Shown here piece after piece: positions 38,445-48,898 of a stretch of DNA of 64,000 nucleotides (the stretch's first letter is position 1; each line of letters starts with the position of its first letter). The notes under the pieces are model-generated. The model had not been told where the DNA came from. It ran no database searches and worked only from the letters and a program-made list of their open reading frames with translations. The DNA is from a virus (taxonomy: Duplodnaviria > Caudoviricetes). The DNA is taken from the IMG/VR virus record IMGVR_UViG_2896262711_000007, positions 1 to 64,000 of that record; one strand, 5' to 3'. The translations under genes were made by a program, and so were the position numbers.

Positions 38445-40258
38445 TCCACCTTGTTGAAATCGGCTGCTACGTCAACGCGACGTCGTCGAGCACACACACG
38501 GTCGGGATGGGGCTGAAAGGCTTCGTCCTGGCCGCCGGGCCGCAGGCCACCACCTGGATGACGCTCCGGGTGGTGGCGACCGACGGGTCCGGAGCATGGA
38601 TGGAGGGGCTGGTGGCGTGGACGGATGCCGCCGGCTTCGCGCTCAGCGTCAAGGCCACCGGCGGCAGCGGTACCCACACCGGGTGGCGGCTCGCCGCCGG
38701 CACGCTGCGCTTCTCCAACGAAGAATACGACGACTCATCGGCACCTGGGCCGTTTGAACCGGTCATCACCCCGGAGGGCTATGCACAGGGTTCCGTCAGC
38801 CTTCACGGCGACGGGAAGTCCTTCGGCGCGGCCGATGTCGAGAAGGGGTTGGTGAAGGTCATCAACGCCGGCCTCCGGGATCATCTCCGCCGCTACGCCT
38901 ATTTCGGCCGGCTGGCGCGGGAGTTGATCGTCACCGACTCCGATGCCGATTACAGCACCGCCACGGTGGTCCGGACCGGAACGGTTGAGCAGCCCGTGGT
39001 CAGCAAGGAGGATGTGCTGTTCCGCTGGCGTGGGAAGCTGTCCGACCTCGACAGCCGCTGGCAGGGTTCCACCTTCCCCGGCGGTACCGGCGCCGGCATG
39101 TCGACCGACGGCGCCGACGGGCTCAAGAACCTGCCCCGCCCCCGGCTTCGTGGATACCGGCCTCAGATCGAGCCGGTACCGACGAACGTCACCGGTGATC
39201 TCCGGCAGATCAGCGACAAACGCATCCATGGGGTCGAGAACGGACGTAACAGGGGCGCGGCGATCACCGTCGGCGTGAAATGTAACACCCTCCAGCAGCT
39301 GAAGGACTCCGCCCCGACCTCCGGCACCTTCAACTGGTATGACGGTTCGGGCGGCGACGGAGCCTGGTGCAAGACCACTTTCGGCAGCCAGGGCGGCGTC
39401 TTCACCCTGGCTGCCTGGGAAGGCGCGACCGCAACCGACAGAACCCTCGCCCAGGTCTGGCGCCGGGTCCTGATCGAGGACTGCGGCTATACGGATAGCG
39501 ACATCTCCGGGCCCGATGTCGTGGCGCTGGACACTGCCTGCCCGTGGGAGGCCGGTATCTGGGCCGGCACGTCGGAGAAGACCAAACGCGACGCGCTGAA
39601 CGACCTGTGCGATGGCGTCGCCGGCTACCACGACGACGACCTCGGCGTCTGGCGGATCACCTTCGACGGTGCCACCGCGGGGGCACCAGTGCTGACCTTC
39701 CGGGAACTGGTCGATGACGATGAGGACGCGCCGCTAGGACACGTCCCTTATGTCGACCTGGAACTGGTTGCCAGCAATGATGAAAGCCGCGGGTTGCCGG
39801 TCTGCGCTGTCGACGTTCAGTTCGCCCCGCGCGACCGGAAGCTGGATGGCGGCGACCTCGCTGGTGACTCAACATCTGCAACCGATCCGGTCGGCGGCGC
39901 CGACATGCGGACCCAGCTCTCCAGTGAGTACCTGACGGAGACATGGCCCGCGGCCGGTAAGGACCAAACGATCATCGACCTGTGGGGGGAGCGGCGGCTC
40001 ACGGTCAAGACCTCCCTCCGGTACCGGGCCGATGCCCAGGCCCTCGCCCAACGGCTATTCGCCATCCACTCCGTACTGAGGGACCGCTTTTCCCTCACCT
40101 CCTTCCTCAATGAAGAAACCCTGGCCGCCCGGCCGGGCGCCTGTGTCGCAGCGCGATCCAGCCGGTATGGCCTGTCCGCCGGAATGACCCTCCGCGTCAA
40201 CGGGCGTGAACTGGATGGGCAGTCGATGAAATTGGACCTGATGGAGGTCGCAGTATGA
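38441..40258 (+). CDS. Tail tip/baseplate hub protein (putative)
   Basis: ATGA overlap with TMP; GLKNLPRPRLRG..PQIEPV resembles alphaproteobacterial tail tip proteins. Confidence 0.65.
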   Translation: MIHLVEIGCYVNATSSSTHTVGMGLKGFVLAAGPQATTWMTLRVVATDGSGAWMEGLVAWTDAAGFALSVKATGGSGTHTGWRLAAGTLRFSNEEYDDSSAPGPFEPVITPEGYAQGSVSLHGDGKSFGAADVEKGLVKVINAGLRDHLRRYAYFGRLARELIVTDSDADYSTATVVRTGTVEQPVVSKEDVLFRWRGKLSDLDSRWQGSTFPGGTGAGMSTDGADGLKNLPRPRLRGYRPQIEPVPTNVTGDLRQISDKRIHGVENGRNRGAAITVGVKCNTLQQLKDSAPTSGTFNWYDGSGGDGAWCKTTFGSQGGVFTLAAWEGATATDRTLAQVWRRVLIEDCGYTDSDISGPDVVALDTACPWEAGIWAGTSEKTKRDALNDLCDGVAGYHDDDLGVWRITFDGATAGAPVLTFRELVDDDEDAPLGHVPYVDLELVASNDESRGLPVCAVDVQFAPRDRKLDGGDLAGDSTSATDPVGGADMRTQLSSEYLTETWPAAGKDQTIIDLWGERRLTVKTSLRYRADAQALAQRLFAIHSVLRDRFSLTSFLNEETLAARPGACVAARSSRYGLSAGMTLRVNGRELDGQSMKLDLMEVAV

Positions 40259-41127
40259 GCAGCGTCAACGCGATCATCGGCCTCGACAGATGGACGAGCC
40301 AGTTCACCTTCGAAGCCGGCGGCGGAGCCTGGGATCCTGACCGGCCGGTGAGCAACATCGGATCGATGCCGCTCTACCGCGTCGGTCGGACGGTGAGCGG
40401 GAACGTCTCGGACACCGTGTTCATCGCCCGCAGCCAGTCCCTGGTGCCGGTCGGGCTGATGGCGTTTGTCGGGCACGACGCCGATGCCTACGACACCTTC
40501 GATGTCGAGATGTTCTCCGACTACCAGATGCAGCAGCCAATCAACTCACTGATCGGAGAAGAGTTCTGGCCCCGCGTCTATGACCAATCAGCCATCCCCT
40601 TCGAGCACGAGTCGTTCTGGACGGGAAAGCTGTCAGCCCGACAACGAAAGAAGAAGCGGACGCCGATCCGGCCGATTTGGATACCGAGCCCGGTGCTGTT
40701 GCGATCGATCAAGGTGACGATGCGCCGATTTCAGCCATCGGTCGGCCCCTTCCGTCTCAGGATGTTCGAAATCTGCCTTGGTCATCAGGTATCGATCAAT
40801 CCCTCCTTCGGAATGAACTACGGGTTCAATTTCCGCACGACATCTCTCCAGGCCGCTTGTGGACACAAGGAATTCAATCGTCTCCCCAAGGCACAGACTT
40901 GGAAAGGGACCATCGACTACCTGCCAACCGACGAAGCGCGCCAGAGAATGTATGACGCGCTCGAAGAATACGATCTCGACACTCCGTTCCTATTTTTCCC
41001 ATTCCCAAGTCGGGAAGTTGACTGGCTTCGCATGTGCAACTTCGTACGCAATACCGATCCCGGATCGTACCGGATCGTCGCTGGAGAGCATGACGAGGTT
41101 CCATTCAGCTTCGAAGGAGTTCTCTGA
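40255..41127 (+). CDS. Tail tip/distal tail protein (putative)
   Basis: ATGA overlap; NPSFGMNYGF, PFLFFP; position in the tail tip module. Confidence 0.6.
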   Translation: MSSVNAIIGLDRWTSQFTFEAGGGAWDPDRPVSNIGSMPLYRVGRTVSGNVSDTVFIARSQSLVPVGLMAFVGHDADAYDTFDVEMFSDYQMQQPINSLIGEEFWPRVYDQSAIPFEHESFWTGKLSARQRKKKRTPIRPIWIPSPVLLRSIKVTMRRFQPSVGPFRLRMFEICLGHQVSINPSFGMNYGFNFRTTSLQAACGHKEFNRLPKAQTWKGTIDYLPTDEARQRMYDALEEYDLDTPFLFFPFPSREVDWLRMCNFVRNTDPGSYRIVAGEHDEVPFSFEGVL

Positions 41128-44100
41128 TGGTTCAACTTAGCGGCGCCACTTACAATAGCGCAGACTTCGAGAACTTTGGACATGCGGAGAAAACAGTCGC
41201 GGGCTCCGACGGTCAGGTCCGGCAACGCTGGGAAAACCTGATGGTCGACGCGAAGGCCGAGATGGCGACCAGCGTCTCTGCCGCCGCATCTCAGCAACAG
41301 CAGGCGTCAGCCTCTGCCACCGCCACAGCCGCCGACCGGCAGGCCGTCGCAATCGACCGTGCCGCGGTGGCTACTGACCGGTCGACGACCCAGAATCTGG
41401 TGACACAAGCACAGTCGTCTCAGACGGCCTCCGCCGCCAGTGCTGTCCTGGCGCAGCAGTTTATCGGCACCGCGACCAACACAATCGTCCCGGCGATCAA
41501 CTACCGGCTCGCGTCGGCCTGGGATGCGAACGGCCAGCCCACGGCCTATGCCTTGTCGGGTGTAGCCGCCGTCCACCGCTACGATACCCGGCTCGATTGG
41601 GACCGCGGCGCGTGGCGCAAGGGCAGGCTGGCGCGTCAGGCGTCTTGGTACAATGAAAGCCTCAACACGGCGACGCGCGGAGCAAAGAAGGAATTCCCGG
41701 TGGTCGCGCTCGTCGTGACCTGTGCCACTCGCGTCATCATCTACGACCTGCACGACCTGGATGCGAATGCCAGCCCACGCATGTGGATGGTGTTCCTGAT
41801 GGACGGGACGCGCGGCTATCGCGGATCGGGCAATAGCAACTCGTCCGCTGCCATGCGCGGCGGGTATCTGGTCATCGGTGACAATAATGCCAGCTTCGGC
41901 GGGCTGTATCTCCACGACTTCACCCGCGACCGCAGCTGGATGTATGACCAGAGCAATCTGGTGCGCTTCCCCGATCCGATTGCGTCTCGCAATGTGGGTT
42001 ATTCCTCCCTGCCTGCGGTGAGCGGAGGCATCCTTTCGCGGGCAATTTCGGGCGTCGATGTCCGCGTTCTGCCGGGCGCCCCGCTCGATCCTGTGACGCG
42101 CCTGCCGGTCCCGACGATTGCAGTGGCGACGGCTGGCGGCACGTCGGTAATCCACCCGACGGGCCTCATCGCCACCATCACGCGCGCCTCCGGGCACAAC
42201 TCTGTGAGAATCACGCCAGACAACCGCCTCTGGCTCGGTGCGGCTGGTGCCGATGCCTTCGACGTTGGCCCCATTCCCTACGCTACCGCGGCGAATACTG
42301 CATGGCGCAGCGTCTATTATGACCAGGGCACCAGTGGCCTTAAGATCGTGACGGGCGGGGGCAAGAACCTGCTGGCCGGAGGCGCGGTGGCTGGCAGCGG
42401 CGGTTTGACCATGCTGGCTGAAGACGCCGCGAACCCGGCCAACGGCATGGTCAGCTATGTGACCAAGGACTTTGCTACGGGCTGGCTGCCGGGCGATACG
42501 CGCCAGTGCGCCATCACGGAGGGGGCGGGCAGCAATGGGGCCAGCGGCGGCGAACTGGTCGCCAACGGGACCAACCTCACCAACACCGCCGGTTGGTCGC
42601 AGCGCAATGCGGCCACGCTGTCCGCGGTCAATGGTGCCCTGCGCGTCACAGCGACCAGCAGCACCAGTGGTCAGGGTGGCACGTACAGCCTCGCCACGAC
42701 CGCAGGCGTGCAGCACACAGTGAGCTTCGACGTGGTCGGTGGCGGCAACCCCACCGCCTATTACTATGTGGACGTCACGGACTCCGCTGAGGCGACGGTC
42801 CTGTCACCCACTGCGACGGCAGCCGCCAACGGCGTGGCCGGCATACGCATCAGCTTCGTTGCCACCGGATCGGTGTCGAAGCTGCGACTGTTCACCACCT
42901 CCACCTCGGGTCAGTACGTCGATTACGCCAACATTTCCTGCCGCAAGACAGGCACGTTCAGCGACGCCGTGACTGGCAGCGGCGAGCTGATCGTCAACGG
43001 TGATGGCAGCAGTGCGGTTGGCTGGACAGGTGCCAATGCCACGCCATCCGTTTCCGGCGGCTACCTCTGCAACACGGCGTCAGCCGCAGGCGGCGTCATT
43101 TCTGAGAGCATCCCCACCATTCCTGGTCAGACGTATCTTCTGGCGGGGACTTACATGGCGGGCACGTCGTCGGCCGCCCGTGTGATTGCGGTTGGCGCCA
43201 GCACAGTGGAGGTCAATACCGCAGCGACCACCGCCACGCCGTACCAGCTGCAATTCACCGCGGCTGCCAGCACGACGCAAATCCAACTGGCTGTCGGTAC
43301 GATAGGGACGGCCTTATTCAAGGTGTCCTGCAAGCTGGCCGTTCCAGATCGGAGCTACAAGAGCAAGGGGCTGATAGTCAACGGCACTCTGATGAGGGCG
43401 CCTGTCGCGACTGGGAGTGACCTGTATGCGTTGAGCGGTTGGTCGAATGGCTCTGGGGGTAATTTCCTGTATCGGCCCAACGACAGCGATCTGAACCTTG
43501 CGACAGCCGATTGGGCGTTTATCGTCTGGTCGAACGATGGCGGGTCGGCAACGTATAGCCTGATGAGCTATGGGCCTACTGGCTCTCTCACTGGTTCTTC
43601 GGTAGGCATGGAGGTGTGGAGCGGTCTTGCCCGGCTGTGGGCTTCTGACGATAGCGCAGCCACCCAGGATCTGGCCTCTTTCTCGTTCGCCGGCCAATCC
43701 GGTTGGCGCATGTGGGTCGGGGTTCGGAGAGGCAACACGCTGGAATTGTGGATGGACGGCATCCGCAGGGCAACTGCCAGCATCGTCAACGCCGATCAGA
43801 GCCTCACAAACGCGGCGGCGAGCATCTTCCTCGGGAAGAGGAGCGACAACGCTCCCGGTCTTGAGCACGAAGGTTCTCTGGCACTTTCTCGGGTGTCCGT
43901 TGGCTACGCTCCCACACCCGCACAGATCGCCCGGATGTACGCGGACGAGTCGGCGCTCTTCCAGCCCAACGCCAAAGCCTTCCTGGGCGGCGCCAGCAAC
44001 AGCGTGCAATCGCTTGCGCTGGATGAAGATGCCGGCTTGCTGCATGTGGGAACAGGGGACGGCGTGAGCCAGTTCGCGGGCTTGCGCCGTGTCGGCCGCC

Positions 44101-44639
44101 TCACCCAGGCGGCCGGAACCGCCTTCACCGTGCCCAGCGTGACCAGCCTGTCGGCCGGCGGCGGCGCGCTGCTGATCGGCACCGCCAGCGAGGCGGGCGT
44201 GGTGACCGAGCTGATGCCCGTGAAGGACGAACTGCGGCAGGCGTCCGTCGTGGCGAACAGCAGCGACCCGGTATTGACGGGCGTCACCACCGACGCCACC
44301 CCGCTGGATCTCGGCAAGATCTTTGTCGGGGAGGGCGAGTCCGTCCAGATCGAGGCGGACATCATGGCGACGGAGTATGGCCAGACGCCGACGGAGGGTG
44401 CGAGCTACACCGTGCGGGCGCGTGTCCGCCGGAACCTGGGCGGAAACGTCCAACTGGTCGGCTCGGCCTACCACGTCACGGTGGACGAAACCACGGCGAC
44501 AATGGACGCCACCATCATCGTCGACACCACCGCGCAAGCCTTTGCAATCAACGTCACCGGCGTAGCGTCCAAGCGCCTGATCTGGCGTGCGGTCCTGCGC
44601 CTCAACTGGATCTCGGAGACCCGCAATGCCGCTGCTTGA
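41127..44639 (+). CDS. Tail fibre/receptor-binding protein with carbohydrate-binding repeats and LamG-like domain
   Basis: TGATG overlap; YDTRLDWDRGAWR, RGAKKEFP; two GELxxNG..GW repeats; WRMWVGVRRGNTLELWMDG; PTPAQIARMY.DE..LF. Confidence 0.8.
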   Translation: MVQLSGATYNSADFENFGHAEKTVAGSDGQVRQRWENLMVDAKAEMATSVSAAASQQQQASASATATAADRQAVAIDRAAVATDRSTTQNLVTQAQSSQTASAASAVLAQQFIGTATNTIVPAINYRLASAWDANGQPTAYALSGVAAVHRYDTRLDWDRGAWRKGRLARQASWYNESLNTATRGAKKEFPVVALVVTCATRVIIYDLHDLDANASPRMWMVFLMDGTRGYRGSGNSNSSAAMRGGYLVIGDNNASFGGLYLHDFTRDRSWMYDQSNLVRFPDPIASRNVGYSSLPAVSGGILSRAISGVDVRVLPGAPLDPVTRLPVPTIAVATAGGTSVIHPTGLIATITRASGHNSVRITPDNRLWLGAAGADAFDVGPIPYATAANTAWRSVYYDQGTSGLKIVTGGGKNLLAGGAVAGSGGLTMLAEDAANPANGMVSYVTKDFATGWLPGDTRQCAITEGAGSNGASGGELVANGTNLTNTAGWSQRNAATLSAVNGALRVTATSSTSGQGGTYSLATTAGVQHTVSFDVVGGGNPTAYYYVDVTDSAEATVLSPTATAAANGVAGIRISFVATGSVSKLRLFTTSTSGQYVDYANISCRKTGTFSDAVTGSGELIVNGDGSSAVGWTGANATPSVSGGYLCNTASAAGGVISESIPTIPGQTYLLAGTYMAGTSSAARVIAVGASTVEVNTAATTATPYQLQFTAAASTTQIQLAVGTIGTALFKVSCKLAVPDRSYKSKGLIVNGTLMRAPVATGSDLYALSGWSNGSGGNFLYRPNDSDLNLATADWAFIVWSNDGGSATYSLMSYGPTGSLTGSSVGMEVWSGLARLWASDDSAATQDLASFSFAGQSGWRMWVGVRRGNTLELWMDGIRRATASIVNADQSLTNAAASIFLGKRSDNAPGLEHEGSLALSRVSVGYAPTPAQIARMYADESALFQPNAKAFLGGASNSVQSLALDEDAGLLHVGTGDGVSQFAGLRRVGRLTQAAGTAFTVPSVTSLSAGGGALLIGTASEAGVVTELMPVKDELRQASVVANSSDPVLTGVTTDATPLDLGKIFVGEGESVQIEADIMATEYGQTPTEGASYTVRARVRRNLGGNVQLVGSAYHVTVDETTATMDATIIVDTTAQAFAINVTGVASKRLIWRAVLRLNWISETRNAAA

Positions 44640-45291
44640 CGAATACAAGGATGACGGCGTGTGGCTGCGCCGGTGGCAGCTGGTCGCCGGCCGCCCGCGC
44701 TGCCTGCAGGATGCTGTGGCTCTGGATCATCCGGAGGCGAACGCCATTCGCGCCCGGAACGATCGGGTGCGCGATGCGCTCTGGATTGTCCGGGCCTATG
44801 AGGCGGCGCAGCGCCTGATCACGACGGTGGAGGCCGGCGACCCACTGGCCGAAACCATGGCCGTGCCGGTGATGGTCAAGGCGGTCCGACCCAACCCGGC
44901 GCATGCCCGCTACCTGGATGCGCTCGACCTGCTGACGGCAACCGCCGATGAGCCGCCGGAGCTGGTGGAGGTGGACGGCATGGGCGAGGTGCCCAACCCG
45001 GCCCGGTTGGCGTGGCTGGCAGCGCACGACGTCGTGGCGGCCGGCGAACCGCCGGAGACGGTGACGGTATTGGTGGACGGTACGGAAGAGCAGCCCAACC
45101 CGGCGTGGGCAACCTACCAGGAGGCGCTTGCCCTGGTCGCCGATGCTGACGACAGCACCCGCGCTCTTGCTCTGCTGCGCGCCACGGGCGAGCCGCCGGC
45201 CGAGCTGCTGGATGATGGTCAGCCCAACCCTGACCAGGTGGCATGGGATGCGGCGCTGGATCTGATGGAGGCGATCAATGCGGGTGAATAA
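44626..45291 (+). CDS. Hypothetical protein with four PNP(A/D) repeats (possible fibre chaperone)
   Basis: GGAG RBS; RPNPAH, VPNPAR, QPNPAW, QPNPDQ each followed by an amphipathic helix. Confidence 0.65.
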   Translation: MPLLDEYKDDGVWLRRWQLVAGRPRCLQDAVALDHPEANAIRARNDRVRDALWIVRAYEAAQRLITTVEAGDPLAETMAVPVMVKAVRPNPAHARYLDALDLLTATADEPPELVEVDGMGEVPNPARLAWLAAHDVVAAGEPPETVTVLVDGTEEQPNPAWATYQEALALVADADDSTRALALLRATGEPPAELLDDGQPNPDQVAWDAALDLMEAINAGE

Positions 45292-45745
45292 TCAGCTTGG
45301 CGTTCTCGCCGGCATGGGAGCGCCGACGGCCAGTGGCGAGTCCGCGCGGAAGGACGAGGTGGACGCCCTCAAGAACGGTGTCACCTTCTCGGGCCCGGCC
45401 ATCGTGGCGGATGCGCAGGGCGGCGGCATTGCCGGTGGCGCCACCGTCACCCCGGACGTCACCCCTCTGACCGGCAAGCAGTGTTTCAGCTACACGGTCA
45501 ACGGCAACTGCACCGTTGGTGCCCTGACCGGTACCGGCGCGATGGCTGCCGATACGGCGGTGGCTGGCTCCATCTATCTGACTTTCACCGGCCCATATAC
45601 CGTGACAATCGCCGCCTCCTACAAGTTGCCGAGCGGCGTGCAGAACAGCATCACCGGCGCCAACGGTGAGATTTGGCGACTGGATTTCCAGTACCGCAAA
45701 ACCGCCGGGCGCTGCTCGGCCGCCATCATCAAGGAGGCCACCTGA
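45278..45745 (+). CDS. Hypothetical tail-associated protein
   Basis: GGAGG RBS; overlaps both neighbours; beta-rich. Confidence 0.65.
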   Translation: MRVNNQLGVLAGMGAPTASGESARKDEVDALKNGVTFSGPAIVADAQGGGIAGGATVTPDVTPLTGKQCFSYTVNGNCTVGALTGTGAMAADTAVAGSIYLTFTGPYTVTIAASYKLPSGVQNSITGANGEIWRLDFQYRKTAGRCSAAIIKEAT

Positions 45746-46575
45746 TGTTTCCCGGTGGCATGCTGGGCGCAGCCCGCAAGCTCAAGCGCTATGGCTTCGA
45801 GCTGCGCGGCGGCGCCGGTGGCGGCGGTGGGGCTGATGGGGGCAACAGCGGCGGATCCGGTGGCGACGGCAACGTTGTCCGCTTCGACCTGATCGCCTAC
45901 CAGTCCGATGCGGTCGGCATCTCGGTTGGTGGCGGCGGCCTCGCTGGGTATCAACAGCCGTTCAGCATCTTGTCCTCTCCAATCGGCGGCCAAGCTGGTG
46001 GCTACCGCGGCGGCGGTGCCGGCGGCAACGCCGGCCCGGCCGGAGCCAGCGGCACCGGCGGCTATGGCGGCGGCTCCACTGGCGTGTCCTGGTGGGGGCA
46101 GACCATCGGTGTCGCCGGTGGTGGCGGCGGCGGCGGTGGCGGGTCCAGCGGTGCTGGTGGCAACGCTGCCTTTGGCGGCGGCACCAACCCTGCCGCCCGG
46201 CCAACCGACGGCACTGGCCAGGACGGCGAGTCCCAGGCAACCGGCGACGGAGGTGGTGGTGGCGGCGGTGGTGGTGGTGCGGACAGCACCTACCTGGGCG
46301 GCCAAGGTGGCAGCAGGGGCATCGACGGGCAGGCCAGTGCCGGCGGCGGCAGAAACGGCAGCAACTACACCCATGCGACTCTGGCCCTGCCCTTCACCGG
46401 CAGCGCCGACAACCTGAGTTCCTATGGACGCGGCGGCAACGGCGGCAACAGCAGCGCCAGCTACGGCTTCCGCGTTGGTGACGGTGGTAACGGCACCGCC
46501 GGCGTCGTCAAGATCACCGACTATGAGACGGGGCAAACCTACTACTCGACAGGTGGCAATTTCACCCTGCCCTGA
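45745..46575 (+). CDS. Glycine-rich tail fibre-like protein
   Basis: TGATG coupling, AAGGAGG RBS; ELRGGAGGGGG, VAGGGGGGG, GGNGTAGVVKI. Confidence 0.75.
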   Translation: MFPGGMLGAARKLKRYGFELRGGAGGGGGADGGNSGGSGGDGNVVRFDLIAYQSDAVGISVGGGGLAGYQQPFSILSSPIGGQAGGYRGGGAGGNAGPAGASGTGGYGGGSTGVSWWGQTIGVAGGGGGGGGGSSGAGGNAAFGGGTNPAARPTDGTGQDGESQATGDGGGGGGGGGGADSTYLGGQGGSRGIDGQASAGGGRNGSNYTHATLALPFTGSADNLSSYGRGGNGGNSSASYGFRVGDGGNGTAGVVKITDYETGQTYYSTGGNFTLP

Positions 46576-46660
46576 CCGACCGCGACAATACTCCAACGCC
46601 CGACCGCCTCGGCCGCCTCGGCCGCCTGTGAGCGGCCTTTTTCATGTCTGGAGCACCATC

Positions 46661-47269
46661 ATGATCCTGATGATCGACCAGCAGTTCGCGCTGCTGGAAC
46701 GGGCGGCGCTTGCCACTGCGCAGCGCTGGCCCGAACTGCTGGCCCTGTGCCTGCTGACCGCCTGCGCTCACCGGGAGCGGGGCAGCGAACACGACTGGCT
46801 CGGGACGCAGGGCGCCCGCGCGCTGTTCTGGGCCTGTCCGCTGACCGCCGCCGTCTGGTGGCTTGTGCCGGGCCTGCCGTGGGATGCCCTGGTTCGCGTG
46901 TGGCTCGCGTGGTTCCTCGGCATGGTCCTCCTGCCGCACGCCGCCGGCCAGAACCTGCCGGAGACCCCCGCGGCCTATCCGGCAAGCTGGACCGCCAAGA
47001 TCCCGCGCCCGCAGAAGCTGGGATACCTCTGGCTTGCCGGCATGGGGCGCCTAGTGCTTTTCGCTTGGGCCATCGAGCCGTGGCTGCCCCTGTCCGCCGG
47101 CTGGTCGGCGCTGGGCGGCCTCTACATGCCGGCCGGCTACCTGCTCGGGCTTCTGCCTCCCGCCTTGCCCTGGCGTCTGCGGAGCGAGGGGGAGTGGGGC
47201 GAGTTCCTGGCCGGGCTGCTGGTCGGTCCGGTGCTGTTCGCCGCCCTCGTCGTCACGTCGGCGGGCTGA
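46661..47269 (+). CDS. Multi-pass membrane protein
   Basis: GGAG RBS; several Trp/Leu-rich hydrophobic segments; EWGEFLAG. Confidence 0.65.
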   Translation: MILMIDQQFALLERAALATAQRWPELLALCLLTACAHRERGSEHDWLGTQGARALFWACPLTAAVWWLVPGLPWDALVRVWLAWFLGMVLLPHAAGQNLPETPAAYPASWTAKIPRPQKLGYLWLAGMGRLVLFAWAIEPWLPLSAGWSALGGLYMPAGYLLGLLPPALPWRLRSEGEWGEFLAGLLVGPVLFAALVVTSAG

Positions 47270-47274
47270 CCGCT

Positions 47275-47445
47275 ATGGCCGACACTCCATCACCGGCCGA
47301 GCAGGAGGTGCAGCGGGCGCTGGCGGAATGCGGTGGCAATAAGGACGCCGCCCTTCTGCTGCTCGCCCTTCTGCTGACCAATGCCCGCCGCGCCGTCTGC
47401 GGCGGGTTTCTCCGGCTCGGTCAGCCGGCCGAACCCAAGATCTGA
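47275..47445 (+). CDS. Small hypothetical protein
   Basis: MADTPSPAEQEVQRALAECGGNKDAALLLLA...; ATG 6 nt after the previous stop. Confidence 0.5.
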   Translation: MADTPSPAEQEVQRALAECGGNKDAALLLLALLLTNARRAVCGGFLRLGQPAEPKI

Positions 47446-47566
47446 AAAGGAAAAGGGCGCCAGCAGGCGCCCCGAGTAGAGGGAGGATTCCGAGACAACG
47501 TCGGACGCCCTCAGCATCCCGCAATCGCCTTTCCCATTCATCACCCGCCCAATGAGGAGAAACCCC

Positions 47567-48235
47567 ATGCCCAACACGCCCACCGGCGCGGCGATCCCGC
47601 GCGCCATCACCGTAACGCCGCTGACCCATCCCGAGGCGGTCGACCTGATCGTCTTCGCGGAGGTGACCAGCCGCCGTACCTATGAGGCCCGTTACGTCCA
47701 CCCTACATGGCCGGGCGGAGAGAGCGGCGTGACCATCGGCATCGGCTACGACCTTGCCCACCACGACGCTGACGACCTGGCGCTGGACTGGCCCACTATG
47801 CCGCCTGCCTCGCGTGCCCTGCTGGAGCAGGCATGCGGCGTCTCCGGCATGCCGGCCAAGGACGTGGCCGCGAAGCTGTCCACCATCATTGTGCCCTGGG
47901 ACTCGGCCTACGACTGCTTCCGAGACCGGACCCTGCCGAAGTACGAGCGGATGACCGTCGAGGTCTTCCCCGGTTCGGTCGACCTGCCGCCCCTGTGCTT
48001 CGGCCCGCTGGTCAGCCTCGTCTACAACCGCGGCTCCAGCATGGGCGAGCAGGGGAAGCCGTCCTGGGAGAGCCGCCGGGAGATGCGGGCTATTCGGGAT
48101 CTGATCGCCGCCGGGCGGCTGACCGAGGTGCCCGTGCAGCTCAGGTCGATGAAGCGCTTGTGGCCGGGCGTGGGCGGACTGCGGACCCGTCGCGATGCCG
48201 AGGCCGCCATGTGGGAGCGAGGCCTGTCTGCCTGA
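47567..48235 (+). CDS. Endolysin, lysozyme-like (GH24/pesticin-like)
   Basis: FAEV, PTWPGGESGVTIGIGYDL, LVSLVYNRG, MKRLWP..GLRTRRDAEA. Confidence 0.88.
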   Translation: MPNTPTGAAIPRAITVTPLTHPEAVDLIVFAEVTSRRTYEARYVHPTWPGGESGVTIGIGYDLAHHDADDLALDWPTMPPASRALLEQACGVSGMPAKDVAAKLSTIIVPWDSAYDCFRDRTLPKYERMTVEVFPGSVDLPPLCFGPLVSLVYNRGSSMGEQGKPSWESRREMRAIRDLIAAGRLTEVPVQLRSMKRLWPGVGGLRTRRDAEAAMWERGLSA

Positions 48236-48240
48236 CGACC

Positions 48241-48480
48241 TCAGTCGGACAGCAGCGCCGCTCGTGCGTCCCGTCCATCGGCGGTGAGCCGGCACACACC
48301 TGGGAAATGCCCTGGCGTCATAAGCCCCAGGTCTTCGCATTCACCGACGAGCCAGACCGGTATTTCGGCGCTCTCGGGATAGACATCACCGTCAGCATCC
48401 GCCGTCAGTAGACAGAGGATCTGATCCTGCGACAGCGTCGCTTGGACATGGATGCGGGCGCAGTACTGCGGTTTGGGCAT
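48241..48480 (-). CDS. Small hypothetical protein (paralog A of 51698-51943)
   Basis: LSQDQILCLLTAD...ECEDLGLMTPG..PGVCRLTADGRDARAALLSD; GGAGG RBS. Confidence 0.65.
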   Translation of the reverse strand: MPKPQYCARIHVQATLSQDQILCLLTADADGDVYPESAEIPVWLVGECEDLGLMTPGHFPGVCRLTADGRDARAALLSD

Positions 48481-48613
48481 GCTCGCCCCTCCCAAGCGGG
48501 GACCGTCGAGCATGCGCCCCTTTCCTCGCCACAGCAACCCCTCGCCCGCCTTTCACGCAGCAGCTTTTTACGTCCGCGAGAGAGGCCTCGCCGCCGGATG
48601 GCTGAACCGGCGA

Positions 48614-48721
48614 CTGGTCGGCACCAGACAGACAGCTACGTATGTAGTTCTTTACCAGCTGCAGAATGCCTTGGTTCTGGGATGTACAAACGAGGCGCTC
48701 CGTCTGGCTTGGCCCGCTAGC
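48614..48721 (+). repeat. Left arm of ~108-bp imperfect inverted repeat
   Basis: Aligns by eye with the reverse complement of 49289-49397; shared blocks TTACCAG, GAATGCCTTGGTTCT, GGGATGT, CAAACGAGGCG, GGCTTGG, CTAGC. Confidence 0.85.
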
Positions 48722-48898
48722 ATCAGAGTCGCGGCACTGATCGTCACGGAGTTGCTAGACATATCCACCCATGCGCGTATCGTGTTTGGAAGCGAAAGAG
48801 GATCAGAACCAAAAAAGCAGGACGTATCATTGCCCTCGACCATTGGTCCTTGCCTGTAACTGCGCCCTATTCTAGCGAGACCTTAGAAAGGGTAAATC

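Noticed and set aside
45800-46500. GGC/GGT-rich tract as a DNA repeat element
   Set aside because: Explained by glycine codons of the fibre-like protein
41127-46575. Diversity-generating retroelement or invertible fibre cassette
   Set aside because: No reverse transcriptase, invertase or template/variable repeat pair seen in the window
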